42,689 bases of DNA from an uncultured Porphyromonadaceae bacterium (GTDB taxonomy: Bacteria; Bacteroidota; Bacteroidia; Bacteroidales; UBA12481), in NCBI GenBank assembly GCA_964465145.1, contig CAYXJR010000034.1:1-42689 (forward strand). The letters run 5' to 3'. Made by a program: the position numbers and the translations under genes. Below are positions 26,028 through 35,632 of this stretch, piece by piece (position 1 is the first letter of the stretch; every line of letters begins with the position of its first letter). The notes below the pieces were generated by a model. That model searched no databases, was not told the DNA's origin, and saw only the letters and a program-made list of their open reading frames with translations.

Positions 26028-26627
26028 TCAGCACATTTTTTTGTAACAGTTCCATAATTTTTTCTGCAGATTTTTCCGGGCCCGAAACAGCAAAGACTCC
26101 ACGGAAGAAATACTTATTTCCAGGATATCCGCAATTTCCTTATATGACAGCTCATCGTATTTATGCAGTACAAATGCTTTGCGCTGATTTTCCGGAAGAG
26201 AGTCTATTGCCTGATGAAGGAATTTAGCCCGGTCCTTATTTTCCAGCTCCTTGTCGGGTATCTCCCAACCAGCCACTGGAATCTTCAAGCTTATCTTTCT
26301 TGAGCTATTGTCACCAGGGTTATTGCTATCAATATTGCTATCAAGACTGCTGGCATCCCGATGTTTCTTATTGTCACGTATATAATTCATGGATAGATTT
26401 ACAGTGATCCTGTAGATCCAGGTCGACAATCCGGATTCCTGACGGAATTGATCAAGGGACTGGAAAATTTTGATAAAAACTTCCTGAGAAAGATCATGGG
26501 CATCCTCATCATTTTTCACAAATCCGCGAGCTGTAGCCAGCACAAGCCGTTGATATCTGTCAACCAGTTCCTTGAAGGCCCCGGATTTATCAACAATCAA
26601 TTTGCGGATCAGCTCTATTTCAGTCAT
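26028..26627 (-). CDS. RNA polymerase ECF-type sigma-70 factor
   Basis: 199 aa with a sigma-70 region 2 (DLSQEVFIKIFQSL) and a region 4 helix-turn-helix (SYKEIADILEISISSVESLLFRARKNL). Confidence 0.85.
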   Translation of the reverse strand: MTEIELIRKLIVDKSGAFKELVDRYQRLVLATARGFVKNDEDAHDLSQEVFIKIFQSLDQFRQESGLSTWIYRITVNLSMNYIRDNKKHRDASSLDSNIDSNNPGDNSSRKISLKIPVAGWEIPDKELENKDRAKFLHQAIDSLPENQRKAFVLHKYDELSYKEIADILEISISSVESLLFRARKNLQKKLWNCYKKMC

Positions 26628-26767
26628 TCTGAACAGTCAGTTTTATCATTTGACACAAGAATATCAAATAACTTGCATACTGTGACAAGAAAAAATAAAT
26701 TTACTTGACTTATCTGAAAAACATTCTTAATAATCTAAATTAGGGATCATTTATCATAAAACTGCTT

Positions 26768-27538
26768 ATGGATTCCATCCCGGTTATACAATGCGAAAGT
26801 TTGACCAAAAGTTTTGGTCAACTGAAAGCAGTAGATGGATTGAACCTTGAGATCAGAAAAGGTGAAATACTTGGTTTTTTGGGTCCTAATGGGGCAGGAA
26901 AGACAACCACAATCAACATGATCTGTGGTTTATTGAACCCGGATAGTGGAACTGTAAAAATATTAGGGAAAGATCTAAGGAAGATTCAGGAATTGCGATT
27001 TAAGATTGGCTTATGTCCGCAGGAAAATATCTTCTGGCCAAAACTCACAGGCCTCGAGCAGCTTCAGTTCATGGCAAGGATGTACGGGATTGGGATAAAA
27101 GAAAGCAGGGTGCGGGCCTATCAGCTGCTTGATCAACTAGGCCTAAAAGGGAAAGCCAGCAGCGTTACTGCCAAATGGTCGGGAGGGATGAAGCGCAGAT
27201 TGAACATTGCCCTTGCCCTGATCCATGATCCTGAAATACTAATTCTTGATGAGCATGAAGCAGGGCTTGATCCGCAAAGCAGGGTTATGGTGCGTGAATT
27301 TATCAAGTCATTTGTGCCGCACAAAACTGTCCTGCTCACGACACACAATATGGACGAAGCCGACAGGATGTCGGAACGGGTGGCAGTTATAGATAGTGGG
27401 AAAATAATTGCACTGGGAACCCCGGGTGAGCTCAAAGCCTTAATTGGAGGGGAACAACAGATAAAAGAGTGGGTTGTAAGGGAAAAAACTCTTGAAGATG
27501 TTTTTATTCAGTTAACAGGAAAAAAACTTAGGTCATGA
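26768..27538 (+). CDS. ABC transporter ATP-binding protein
   Basis: Walker A GPNGAGKTT, signature SGGMKRRLNIA and Walker B ILILDE. Confidence 0.9.
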   Translation: MDSIPVIQCESLTKSFGQLKAVDGLNLEIRKGEILGFLGPNGAGKTTTINMICGLLNPDSGTVKILGKDLRKIQELRFKIGLCPQENIFWPKLTGLEQLQFMARMYGIGIKESRVRAYQLLDQLGLKGKASSVTAKWSGGMKRRLNIALALIHDPEILILDEHEAGLDPQSRVMVREFIKSFVPHKTVLLTTHNMDEADRMSERVAVIDSGKIIALGTPGELKALIGGEQQIKEWVVREKTLEDVFIQLTGKKLRS

Positions 27539-28680
27539 AGATCCTGGCTGTAATAATGAAATCTCTCAGTGAGCAATCCCGACAAATCTGGGTCGTGATC
27601 CTCACAATTTCCATGGCCCCGTTTTTTGTGGGAATTTATTACCTTATGTGGGAATCCACCAAGCTAAGCATGGATGTCGAGATTGTTAACCTCGACAAGG
27701 GATATGGTGGGTTTGATTATGGAAAGGAAATCAGCCAATTTGTTATTTCCCAATCATCCGATGAACTCCCTGTTAACTTTCATCTGAGTGCAAGTCGGGA
27801 TAATGCCCTCAATCAGATAAGGAACAAAAAATCTGATGCTATTCTTATCCTGCCTGAGGATTTCAGCGAGAAGGCAGTGATGTTGGGCAGGGGCGAAAAT
27901 GTGCAGATACCATTTGAACTTACTGGAGATCTTTCAGATATCAATTATATGCTGGCTGCTACCTGGACCTATGAGCTGATAGGTGCTTTTATTAGTGAAA
28001 ATACAGGGATTAAAACCCCATTTGAATTCAGGGAAACCCCGGCTGGTGTTTCGGGGGAGATGAATGAGTTCGACCTTTATGTTCCGGGCTTGCTGATCCT
28101 GTCAACCGTTATGCTGATGTTTACGGCGGCAATTGCCTTCGTGCGGGAGCCTGAACAGAAAACAATTATCCGACTTAAGTTATCACAGCTAAAGAACTGG
28201 GAATTTATTACCGGAGTCAGCCTGGTTCAAATGTTTATCGGATTTTTCTCTATTCTTCTCACTCTGGCTGTTGCAGCTGCATTGGGATTTGAATTCAGGG
28301 GGTCATGGGGAAGTTTCTTAATCGTGACAACACTCACCTGTCTCTCAATAATCGGGTTTAGCCTGATTGTAGCGGCTCTCACACGTACTGTTAACCAGGT
28401 ACTGGTAGTTGGTAATTTCCCTCTTTTCCTGTTTATGTTTTTTACAGGAGCTATGATGCCTGTTCACGGACCAACACTATTCAGTTTTGCATCGTATGAT
28501 TTTACTCTGCCAGGACTAATGTCGCCCTACCATGCCGTCAGCGCACTGAAAAAAATCAGCATATTCGAAGCCTCACTTGGGGAAATATGGCCGGAATTAA
28601 CCTGCCTGGCCGGGATCACGGTTATTTATTTCCTTATCGGAGCCTTGCTCTACCGCCGACAGCACCTACGGCTATTATAA
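27535..28680 (+). CDS. ABC-2 type transporter permease
   Basis: 381 aa. After a large N-terminal extracytoplasmic domain there are about 5 further TMs. A 4-nt overlap with the ATPase gene indicates coupling. Confidence 0.75.
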   Translation: MKILAVIMKSLSEQSRQIWVVILTISMAPFFVGIYYLMWESTKLSMDVEIVNLDKGYGGFDYGKEISQFVISQSSDELPVNFHLSASRDNALNQIRNKKSDAILILPEDFSEKAVMLGRGENVQIPFELTGDLSDINYMLAATWTYELIGAFISENTGIKTPFEFRETPAGVSGEMNEFDLYVPGLLILSTVMLMFTAAIAFVREPEQKTIIRLKLSQLKNWEFITGVSLVQMFIGFFSILLTLAVAAALGFEFRGSWGSFLIVTTLTCLSIIGFSLIVAALTRTVNQVLVVGNFPLFLFMFFTGAMMPVHGPTLFSFASYDFTLPGLMSPYHAVSALKKISIFEASLGEIWPELTCLAGITVIYFLIGALLYRRQHLRLL

Positions 28681-28878
28681 CAGATAACAGATGACAGATA
28701 ACAGATAACAGATGACAGATGACAGATAACAGATGACGGATGACTTAAAAGAAGGATGTTGGATTTTAGATTTTAAATGTCGCTCTTTTAACTTAACTTA
28801 TTTTCCTTAAGACTTAAAGCTTTAAACCTACTTTTGCCTTCTGCCTTCTGCCCTCTGCCCTCTGCCTTATCTTTCGTC
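28681..28878. repeat. About 28 consecutive degenerate heptamers filling an entire convergent intergenic spacer (CAGATAA/CAGATGA ... TTAAAGC ... CTGCCTT/CTGCCCT)
   Basis: cagataacagatgacagataacagatgacagatgacagataacagatgacggatgac...ctgccttctgccctctgccctctgcctt. A 7-nt phase is kept from the stop at 28680 to the stop at 28879. Confidence 0.9.
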
Positions 28879-30219
28879 TTATTCTTTTGCGAAGCAATAA
28901 AGGCTTTTAAATCCCCGGAGGAAGAGCTCATCGCCAATAACCACAGGACTGGCATGGAAAGTGTCATCCAGGGTGTTGGAGGCTAATAGCTCAAATTCCG
29001 GGCCTGCCTTGAGGACACTAACGGCTCCTGTGGCAACAATATAAATTTTACCGCCAGCACCGGTTGGGGAGGAGAAAAGGGTGCTGATTCCCTCCACTTT
29101 TTCAGTAGCGTATTTAACTTCTCCGGTTTTTGCGTCAAGGCATGTCAGGAAGCCATTGTTGGTTCTTATGAAATAGAGGTAACCATCCATAAGAAGGGGG
29201 CTGGGGGCATATGGAGTGTCCTGGTTGTATTCCCAGAGGATCGTTTTGGTACCGGTAATATCTCCTTTAGCCTTAGCCAGGTCGATGGCCATCAGAGCCG
29301 TGCCTCTATATCCGCTCATAACGTAGAGAATCCCATCTCCATATACAGGGCTGGGTATCACATTCCTGGTCAAGCCTGTACATTCCCAAATGATTTCTCC
29401 TGTTTCCAGGTCATAGCTTCTCACCTTATTGGTGGCACTGGTGATTACCTGGGTTTTTCCTCCGGCTTGAACAATCAGTGGTGTTGTCCAGGAAGTAATT
29501 TCATCACGCTCAGTTTTCCAGATCTCTTCCCCGGTGGTTTTATCCAAAGCCACAATAAATGATTCACCCTGATGATCCCAGAGGACTACAATTTTATCCC
29601 CATAAAGTGCAGGTGAGCTGCCTTCACCGAAACTCATCACTTTTTCCATCTGTCCCCAATCCTTTTCCCAGAGCACATTACCTTCAAAATCAAGACAGAA
29701 TAGTCCTCGGGAACCGAAATATGCAAATATATGTTCACCATCGGTCACTGGTGAATTTGAAGCCCAACTACCCAATTCATGAGTGCTTTCGAGTGGAAGT
29801 TCTTCTTTGACAGTGCGTTTCCAGTTGATTTTCCCGGTGTTTTTATCTACTGAAACGACCATGAATTGGTGGATGAGTTCAGTTCCGCTGGAAGGAGGCC
29901 CCATCCTTTTTCCTTCCTGGCTTATTTCTTCTTCTCCTTCTTCCTGCACAGGTTTTCTATCTGTGGCTACGGCGGTTAACAGGATGATCTGCTCGCCCCA
30001 GACAATAGGGGTGGCATGCCCTTTACCTGGGATTTCTGTTTTCCATTTCAGGTTTTTAGATTCCCCAAATTCAGTTGGGGGATTTCCGGCCAAAGCAGCA
30101 CCGGTTTCCAGAGGGCCGCGCCATTGAGGCCAGTTGGATTGTGATTGTTGAGCCTTAATAATTAGTGATCCGCCAAAAAACAGGATTACTACTAGACCGA
30201 AGAATTTTTTCCCTGACAT
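28879..30219 (-). CDS. PQQ-like beta-propeller repeat protein (BamB-like), secreted
   Basis: 446 aa with a signal peptide and repeated hydrophobic-G/W-D beta-propeller blades. Confidence 0.7.
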   Translation of the reverse strand: MSGKKFFGLVVILFFGGSLIIKAQQSQSNWPQWRGPLETGAALAGNPPTEFGESKNLKWKTEIPGKGHATPIVWGEQIILLTAVATDRKPVQEEGEEEISQEGKRMGPPSSGTELIHQFMVVSVDKNTGKINWKRTVKEELPLESTHELGSWASNSPVTDGEHIFAYFGSRGLFCLDFEGNVLWEKDWGQMEKVMSFGEGSSPALYGDKIVVLWDHQGESFIVALDKTTGEEIWKTERDEITSWTTPLIVQAGGKTQVITSATNKVRSYDLETGEIIWECTGLTRNVIPSPVYGDGILYVMSGYRGTALMAIDLAKAKGDITGTKTILWEYNQDTPYAPSPLLMDGYLYFIRTNNGFLTCLDAKTGEVKYATEKVEGISTLFSSPTGAGGKIYIVATGAVSVLKAGPEFELLASNTLDDTFHASPVVIGDELFLRGFKSLYCFAKE

Positions 30220-30237
30220 ATTGAACTAATTAATTAT

Positions 30238-30957
30238 TTATTTGGTGATCAGTTTCGCATTTTCCATTATTATACCATACTTATAACCAGCCCCAAAATC
30301 CCGGTCTTTGGAAATCTGGCCCTGTACACTGATTACCTGATCCACCTCAACATTTTCCTGAGTAGTTAAAGTGAGATCATAATTGTTGTCATCTGCCGGT
30401 TCAGACGTGATGTGCACCCAGTTTCTGTCCATGATAGCAGGGTTTACCTTGATCACCCTTCCTGTCACCTTCACCAGCTTATTGGTATATTCATCTGAAT
30501 TGGACAATAATTCATGGATACTGATCTCTTCTTTTACCTCACCCACTATTTCACCTGGCCCATCAGTATTGATCAGTGGGTTTTGATTGCTAGGCGTACC
30601 CATCTGAATCTTTGGGCCTTTGTTGAGGTCCTGAATGAAAAATACCTGATCGAATGTCCTTTTCAATTCCGGACTTTCAAAATCCTTCATCTCAGAGGAA
30701 GTTGTATAATAAAGGGTTTCTCCCACCTTGGCTTCTGTCTTAGGGGCTGCCATCCAATATTCCGATTTCCCTTCACTTACCCTGAAGTATGTGTAATTGG
30801 TTGTTTGAATAAATTCCTTCACCTTTACCTGGTGTGCATTCATTGCCTGCAGAGTATCAGTGTTATCTGGTTTAGATTTACATCCGGCTATTAGCAATAA
30901 TCCGCTTAATAAGATTATCATTAAACCTAATTCTCTTTTCATTTTTAGTCCCCTCAT
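30238..30957 (-). CDS. Hypothetical lipoprotein
   Basis: 239 aa with a lipobox LLIAGC. It lies co-directionally upstream of the beta-propeller gene. Confidence 0.5.
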   Translation of the reverse strand: MRGLKMKRELGLMIILLSGLLLIAGCKSKPDNTDTLQAMNAHQVKVKEFIQTTNYTYFRVSEGKSEYWMAAPKTEAKVGETLYYTTSSEMKDFESPELKRTFDQVFFIQDLNKGPKIQMGTPSNQNPLINTDGPGEIVGEVKEEISIHELLSNSDEYTNKLVKVTGRVIKVNPAIMDRNWVHITSEPADDNNYDLTLTTQENVEVDQVISVQGQISKDRDFGAGYKYGIIMENAKLITK

Positions 30958-31181
30958 TTTATTTGTTTTTCAAAAATTTGTTCTGCAAAATTAACAGGAT
31001 TTTTTTAATGAGAACAAATGGCTGAAAACAAGTATTTTCAGATACCATTATTTTGGGTGATTGTTGGTTTGAAAGTTGGACTTATCAGGAGACAAATATT
31101 ATAGTGTAATTAGCAGGCAGCAGGGTAATATGTGATAGTATTCTTATCTTTAGTGCATTATGAACTTTAAAACAATATAAA

Positions 31182-31838
31182 TTGAAAAGGCCAATGGGAG
31201 CCTGGGTTCGCATAATGGCTATTATTTCTCTGGGTATTTTTGGCTGTGGAGAGCGGGTAGGGAATTTATTTATACCTGCCTCATCTGAGCCTGTTCTTGA
31301 AGAAATCTACATAGCCAAGCATACATGGCATACCGGTATAATATTGAAAAGATCAACTTTCAATAATCTTTCTGTACTTAAGGAAGTTTATCCCGGGGCC
31401 GAATACCTGGAGATTGGCTGGGGAGATTTAGATTTCTTTACCTCCGAAAAAGCCACCCCGGGTATGGCTTTGAAAGCCATGTTATGGCCCACCGGATCGG
31501 TGCTGCTTGTTATGCCATATTACCAGCATCCGTCAAAATATTTTGATGAAAATAAGCTAATTGAACTGACATTGCCTGCAGAGGGTTACCATAAACTGCT
31601 AAATTATTTTAACAGGAGTTTTGCCCTTGATCAGGCCGGTAAGATCATTCCGATTGAAAGTGACAGTGATGTTGGAGGCCGGTTTTATCTCTCTGTGGAA
31701 AAATATTATCTGTTCAAAACCTGCAATGTGTGGACTGCCAGGGCTATTAAGGAAGGAGGTTTTTCTATAGTTCCCTTTTATGCCTTGAGCTCGGGAAACC
31801 TCATGAAGCAATTAAGAAAGAAACGGAAGGATTATTAA
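31182..31838 (+). CDS. Hypothetical secreted protein (possibly DUF2459-like)
   Basis: 218 aa with a signal peptide. Family assignment is tentative. Confidence 0.4.
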   Translation: MKRPMGAWVRIMAIISLGIFGCGERVGNLFIPASSEPVLEEIYIAKHTWHTGIILKRSTFNNLSVLKEVYPGAEYLEIGWGDLDFFTSEKATPGMALKAMLWPTGSVLLVMPYYQHPSKYFDENKLIELTLPAEGYHKLLNYFNRSFALDQAGKIIPIESDSDVGGRFYLSVEKYYLFKTCNVWTARAIKEGGFSIVPFYALSSGNLMKQLRKKRKDY

Positions 31839-31848
31839 GGGTGGTGTT

Positions 31849-32514
31849 CTACCTGATCCGCGAGAGGTAGTATTTTATACCAAGTGATGTGGAAAACCAG
31901 GTGAAGTGTAAAAAGCCAGTCAGATCATCGTAAGCGTTCTTCGGAAATAACAGATTTACATCCCAAATCATTATCAGGTTACTTCTTTCTTCCTTTGGCA
32001 GATTCACCCCAATTCCCAATCCATAGGCAAAACCTTCCATCTTGCTATAGCCAATAATTAGCTGCTCGTCTCTTCTATTTGGGATTTCATCACTGGTGAT
32101 AGCGTATCCAATTACAACATTTGCGTGCACCCGGCGTTTTCTGCCCTGAAGGCCCACGCCGGAGAAACTAAAAAACGACTCCGAAGCGAAAAGTTGGCGA
32201 TGTAAGGCAAAAAAATCAAAATAGGAATACTTTGCAACATGTTTGGATTTAGACAAGGTTCCTCCAACGGCAATATCTAAATTAAATCCATTACCATGTG
32301 ACTCCCTGAACTTTGCCGTTACCGGCCCGGTCTGGCCGGGGGTAGTCACATCAAACCGGTCGAACACATTACCATACCCCCCCAGAATCTTTGAGTATAG
32401 GTATACCTTGTTTTTTCTCTGCCCGTAACTATCAGGAGTTCCAATAATTATTAATACCAACAGGAAGAAAAATAAGTATCTGAATTTTATGGTTTGATGT
32501 GTCATATCGTTCAA
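31849..32514 (-). CDS. Hypothetical outer-membrane beta-barrel-like protein
   Basis: 221 aa with a signal peptide, alternating hydrophobic beta-strand pattern and a C-terminal aromatic residue. Confidence 0.4.
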   Translation of the reverse strand: MNDMTHQTIKFRYLFFFLLVLIIIGTPDSYGQRKNKVYLYSKILGGYGNVFDRFDVTTPGQTGPVTAKFRESHGNGFNLDIAVGGTLSKSKHVAKYSYFDFFALHRQLFASESFFSFSGVGLQGRKRRVHANVVIGYAITSDEIPNRRDEQLIIGYSKMEGFAYGLGIGVNLPKEERSNLIMIWDVNLLFPKNAYDDLTGFLHFTWFSTSLGIKYYLSRIR

Positions 32515-32609
32515 TTTACTGTTTCTATAGATGGTTTCTCAACCCAAAACTATTAAAAATCTGTGTTCTTCCGACTATTATCTGATTCTGGTGATTCAAT
32601 TTTGCTACA

Positions 32610-33278
32610 TCACCAGGATAAAGGAAGAATATAAAAGAAAATACCTATAAAATGTGCTACTGTTCCGGCGATAACCAGTAAATGCCATACCAGATGGTGG
32701 TATTTAAATTTGGCTTTTCGGTAAAAGAAGATTCCGATAGTATAACACAACCCGCCTATCAATATCCACATTACACCCATAAGCGGAACATTTTTAAAAA
32801 GGGGAACTATGGCAATCAAAAGCATCCAGCCCATGACGGCATATAACAGAATGTAAAACAGGTTAACTCCTTTATTGAATTGGGTAGGTTTGGCCAGTTT
32901 GATAATAATTCCAATGGCTGCCAGTCCCCACTCAAGGCCAAATAGAACCCATCCCAAAGGTCCGTGTAAGGCAATCAGAGTGAGGGGCGTATATGTTCCA
33001 GCAATCAGGAGGAAAATAGCTATCTGGTCAAGGGTAAAGAAAACCTCTTTCGCCTTTCCGGGATTTAGCCAGTGGGTCATGGTGGAGGAGAAATACAGAA
33101 TTATCATACTGGCACCAAAAACAGCCGAGCTAACTATATGCCAACCTGTTTCCAATTGCACTGATTTTACCAGTAACAGAACTAATCCAACAGTTGCCAG
33201 AAGGGTTCCGGTAAGATGGGAAATTGCATTAGCCTGTTCTTCATTCTTTGTGTATCGGGATTTTACCTGGACATCCAT
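32610..33278 (-). CDS. Hemolysin-III/PAQR family 7-TM channel protein
   Basis: Seven TM helices, HxxxH near the C-terminus (HHLVWHLLVIAG) and an N-terminal EEQANAISHLTG. The start is taken at internal MDVQV (33278) rather than the longest ORF (33368), which would overlap a gene remnant. Confidence 0.75.
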   Translation of the reverse strand: MDVQVKSRYTKNEEQANAISHLTGTLLATVGLVLLLVKSVQLETGWHIVSSAVFGASMIILYFSSTMTHWLNPGKAKEVFFTLDQIAIFLLIAGTYTPLTLIALHGPLGWVLFGLEWGLAAIGIIIKLAKPTQFNKGVNLFYILLYAVMGWMLLIAIVPLFKNVPLMGVMWILIGGLCYTIGIFFYRKAKFKYHHLVWHLLVIAGTVAHFIGIFFYILPLSW

Positions 33279-33297
33279 TAGATCTTTGTAATTTATG

Positions 33298-33600
33298 TTA
33301 ATAAAATAGTGAACTATTGTAGAAACCGAGGGTTGGGCTATAGCTAACCCTTGGCCATCCATTTCCACACGGAAATAACTCCAATTGCTGGTATCTTCCT
33401 GTCAGTTTTGTGCCTAACTTTTTGCTCAACATACTGGCATTCGAACCAGTAATATAGATTTTTTTTCCTTGATCGATGGCGGTTCGTATATATTTTTTCC
33501 ACACTTTCTAATACCCAGCCAAAGGTTGGCTTAGGCCCGACCTTTGGCTTTCCAATAGGTAATTTGTAAATTACATCGATAATTTTGCGAACGGTCCTAA
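33298..33600 (-). pseudogene. Remnant of an AAA-ATPase (DUF4143-type) gene, frameshifted/truncated
   Basis: The 68-aa frame contains KKIYITGSNASMLSKKLGTKLTGRYQQLELFP, which resembles the characteristic GSS..L...LAGR...L.PLSF region of Bacteroidota ATPases. A Walker-A-like degenerate stretch (PIGKPKVGPKPTFG) sits upstream in another frame. Confidence 0.3.
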
Positions 33601-33627
33601 TTCTGAAACTGACATTTTATTCTGATA

Positions 33628-35142
33628 ATGAAAGCCATTAGATTTCCACAAATTACCTGGGATTGTAGTATCCCAATCATCATCTTCTTCCTGCTAATCG
33701 GACTGGCTGCAACAGCCCAGAAACGATATGAACCAAACTGGGAATCGGTTGATAGCCGTCCGACCCCTGAATGGTTCAGCGATGCCAAATTCGGTGTTTT
33801 TATCTGCTGGGGGCTATATTCTGTACCGGCCTGGAGCCCTGTAGGGCAATATTCCGAATGGTATCAGTACTGGCTTCAGCAGAAATCCAGTAACGGCCAG
33901 GTATATGATTTTCACAGGCGCACTTACGGGGAGGATTTCCAGTTTAAAGATTTTGCCCCGATGTTCAGGGCTGAACTGTTTAATGCTGATGAATGGGCCA
34001 GTCTGATCGGCAGGGCAGGTGCCAGGTATATCGTCTTTACCACTAAACATCATTCGGGATATACCATGTGGCCCAGTAAAGAAGCTGAACAATCTTATGG
34101 AGAAAATTATAATCCGGTAAAAGTGGGCCCCAAAAGGGATATAGTAGGAGAATTGGAAAAATCAATGAGGAAGAATGATATAAAATTCGGGTTGTACTAT
34201 TCTCTTTATGAGTGGTATCATCCTTTGTATAAGACAGATGTGAATAGGTTTGTGGAGGAGCATTTTCATCCTCAGTTCAAAGACCTTGTTACCCGGTACA
34301 CACCTGATATTATCTGGACCGACGGGGAGTGGGAGCAGTTTTCTGCAACCTGGAGATCTCCTGAACTCCTGGCCTGGTGGTTCAATAATGCTCCGAACAA
34401 AGAAACCCTTGTAATCAATGATCGCTGGGGCAACGACAGTCGGCACAAGCATGGCGGGTTCTATACAACGGAATACGGGTCTGGTATGAATGACGACTCT
34501 CATCCCTGGGAGGAGAACCGGGGAATGGGTTATTCTTACGGATATAACCGGGCCGAAAATATTGAGGATTACAGAAGTGCGCAGGAACTTATTCTGATGC
34601 TGGCCGACCTGGTGAGCCGTGGAGGAAACCTATGCCTGGATATAGGCCCGGCGGCAGATGGCAGCATTCCGGTAATTATGCAGGAAAGATTGCTTCAGAT
34701 AGGTGAATGGCTTGGCATAAACGGTGAGGCCATTTATGGCACAAGGATGTGGGAAAGGCCTTGCCAGTGGTCGGAAGGAAATATGCCGGAATTGACACGG
34801 GGTGAATATATGACCGGCTTTGACATCCTAAAACAAACCATTAATCCTGATCCCGGAATGGCCATCAAGGAAATCTTTTTTACTTCGAAAGGAAATACAA
34901 TATATGCCATAACACCGAAATGGCCAGGGGCGGATCTGAGAATAAAGATGTATGATGATGGAAATAAGCCGGGTGATTTAAGGGGTGCAGACAACAAAAT
35001 AAAAGTGACCTTCCTACTGACAGGAGAAGATTTGGATTTTCTATTGGATGAGCATGATCTTATTATCAGGATGCCACATTTCGGTCCGGAATTATTCAGC
35101 GGGCAGGCGGCGTACGCGTTTAAGATAGGGGACGGGGAATAG
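33628..35142 (+). CDS. Alpha-L-fucosidase, GH29
   Basis: 504 aa with a signal peptide. GH29 hallmarks are present: KFGVFICWGLYSVPAW and YIVFTTKHHSGYTMWPS. Confidence 0.85.
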   Translation: MKAIRFPQITWDCSIPIIIFFLLIGLAATAQKRYEPNWESVDSRPTPEWFSDAKFGVFICWGLYSVPAWSPVGQYSEWYQYWLQQKSSNGQVYDFHRRTYGEDFQFKDFAPMFRAELFNADEWASLIGRAGARYIVFTTKHHSGYTMWPSKEAEQSYGENYNPVKVGPKRDIVGELEKSMRKNDIKFGLYYSLYEWYHPLYKTDVNRFVEEHFHPQFKDLVTRYTPDIIWTDGEWEQFSATWRSPELLAWWFNNAPNKETLVINDRWGNDSRHKHGGFYTTEYGSGMNDDSHPWEENRGMGYSYGYNRAENIEDYRSAQELILMLADLVSRGGNLCLDIGPAADGSIPVIMQERLLQIGEWLGINGEAIYGTRMWERPCQWSEGNMPELTRGEYMTGFDILKQTINPDPGMAIKEIFFTSKGNTIYAITPKWPGADLRIKMYDDGNKPGDLRGADNKIKVTFLLTGEDLDFLLDEHDLIIRMPHFGPELFSGQAAYAFKIGDGE

Positions 35143-35148
35143 GGATCC

Positions 35149-35555
35149 CTATTTAAACTCCGGCTTGTTCCATGGTATCATTCCCTCATTCTTCATTTGC
35201 TGGTTATATAATTCGTGAAAGGGTTTAACCTTACTCATCGGGACGAATTCATTCACCATTAAAGGGCGGGCTTCCATCCACCATTTTTCATAGGCTTCCA
35301 TCAGTTCAGCCTTAATTTCAGGGTACTGGTCAATAACATTTAATGTTTCCCCGGGATCGGCCTGGACATCATATAGTTCATTCAAGCCCACCAGGCGGAA
35401 TTGTTCATTTCTGACAGCAAAATTGACATATTGGAAGGAATCTGGTTCGGCGCCAACAGGCCAGCGGCCCTGGTGAAAGATTCTATAACGGTTGAGCAGG
35501 CGCATAAGCAAAGAAAAATGCTGGCGGTTGTTAGGATTTTTCTTATTGTTTTCAT
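35149..35555 (-). pseudogene. Sulfatase gene remnant: signal peptide fused out of frame to C-terminal ~115 aa, with the catalytic core deleted
   Basis: ATG at 35555 encodes lipoprotein signal MKTIRKILTTASIFLCLCACS. A different frame from 35511 encodes a typical arylsulfatase C-terminus (LYDVQADPGETLNV...). Total length is about 135 aa, against about 480-520 aa for intact sulfatases. Confidence 0.6.
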
Positions 35556-35632
35556 TTGTTACTCGTTATTCGTCAATTGTCACTTTGCATCCCCCTTTTT
35601 TTGTCACCCGTCACCTGTCACTCGTCACTATT

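Noticed and set aside
32610-33368. Longest-ORF start (33368) for hemolysin III, giving 252 aa.
   Set aside because: The extra 30 N-terminal residues overlap the ATPase remnant and are not part of the conserved HlyIII N-terminus. The internal Met at 33278 (MDVQVKS…EEQANAISH) fits family length better.
33369-33627. Possible tRNA: ggcattcgaacc resembles a T-arm, and ccaaaggt…acctttgg is a stem-loop.
   Set aside because: No acceptor stem, D-arm or anticodon-arm geometry can be built around it. The region is better explained as ATPase gene debris. No tRNA, rRNA or other structured RNA gene was confidently identified anywhere in the window.
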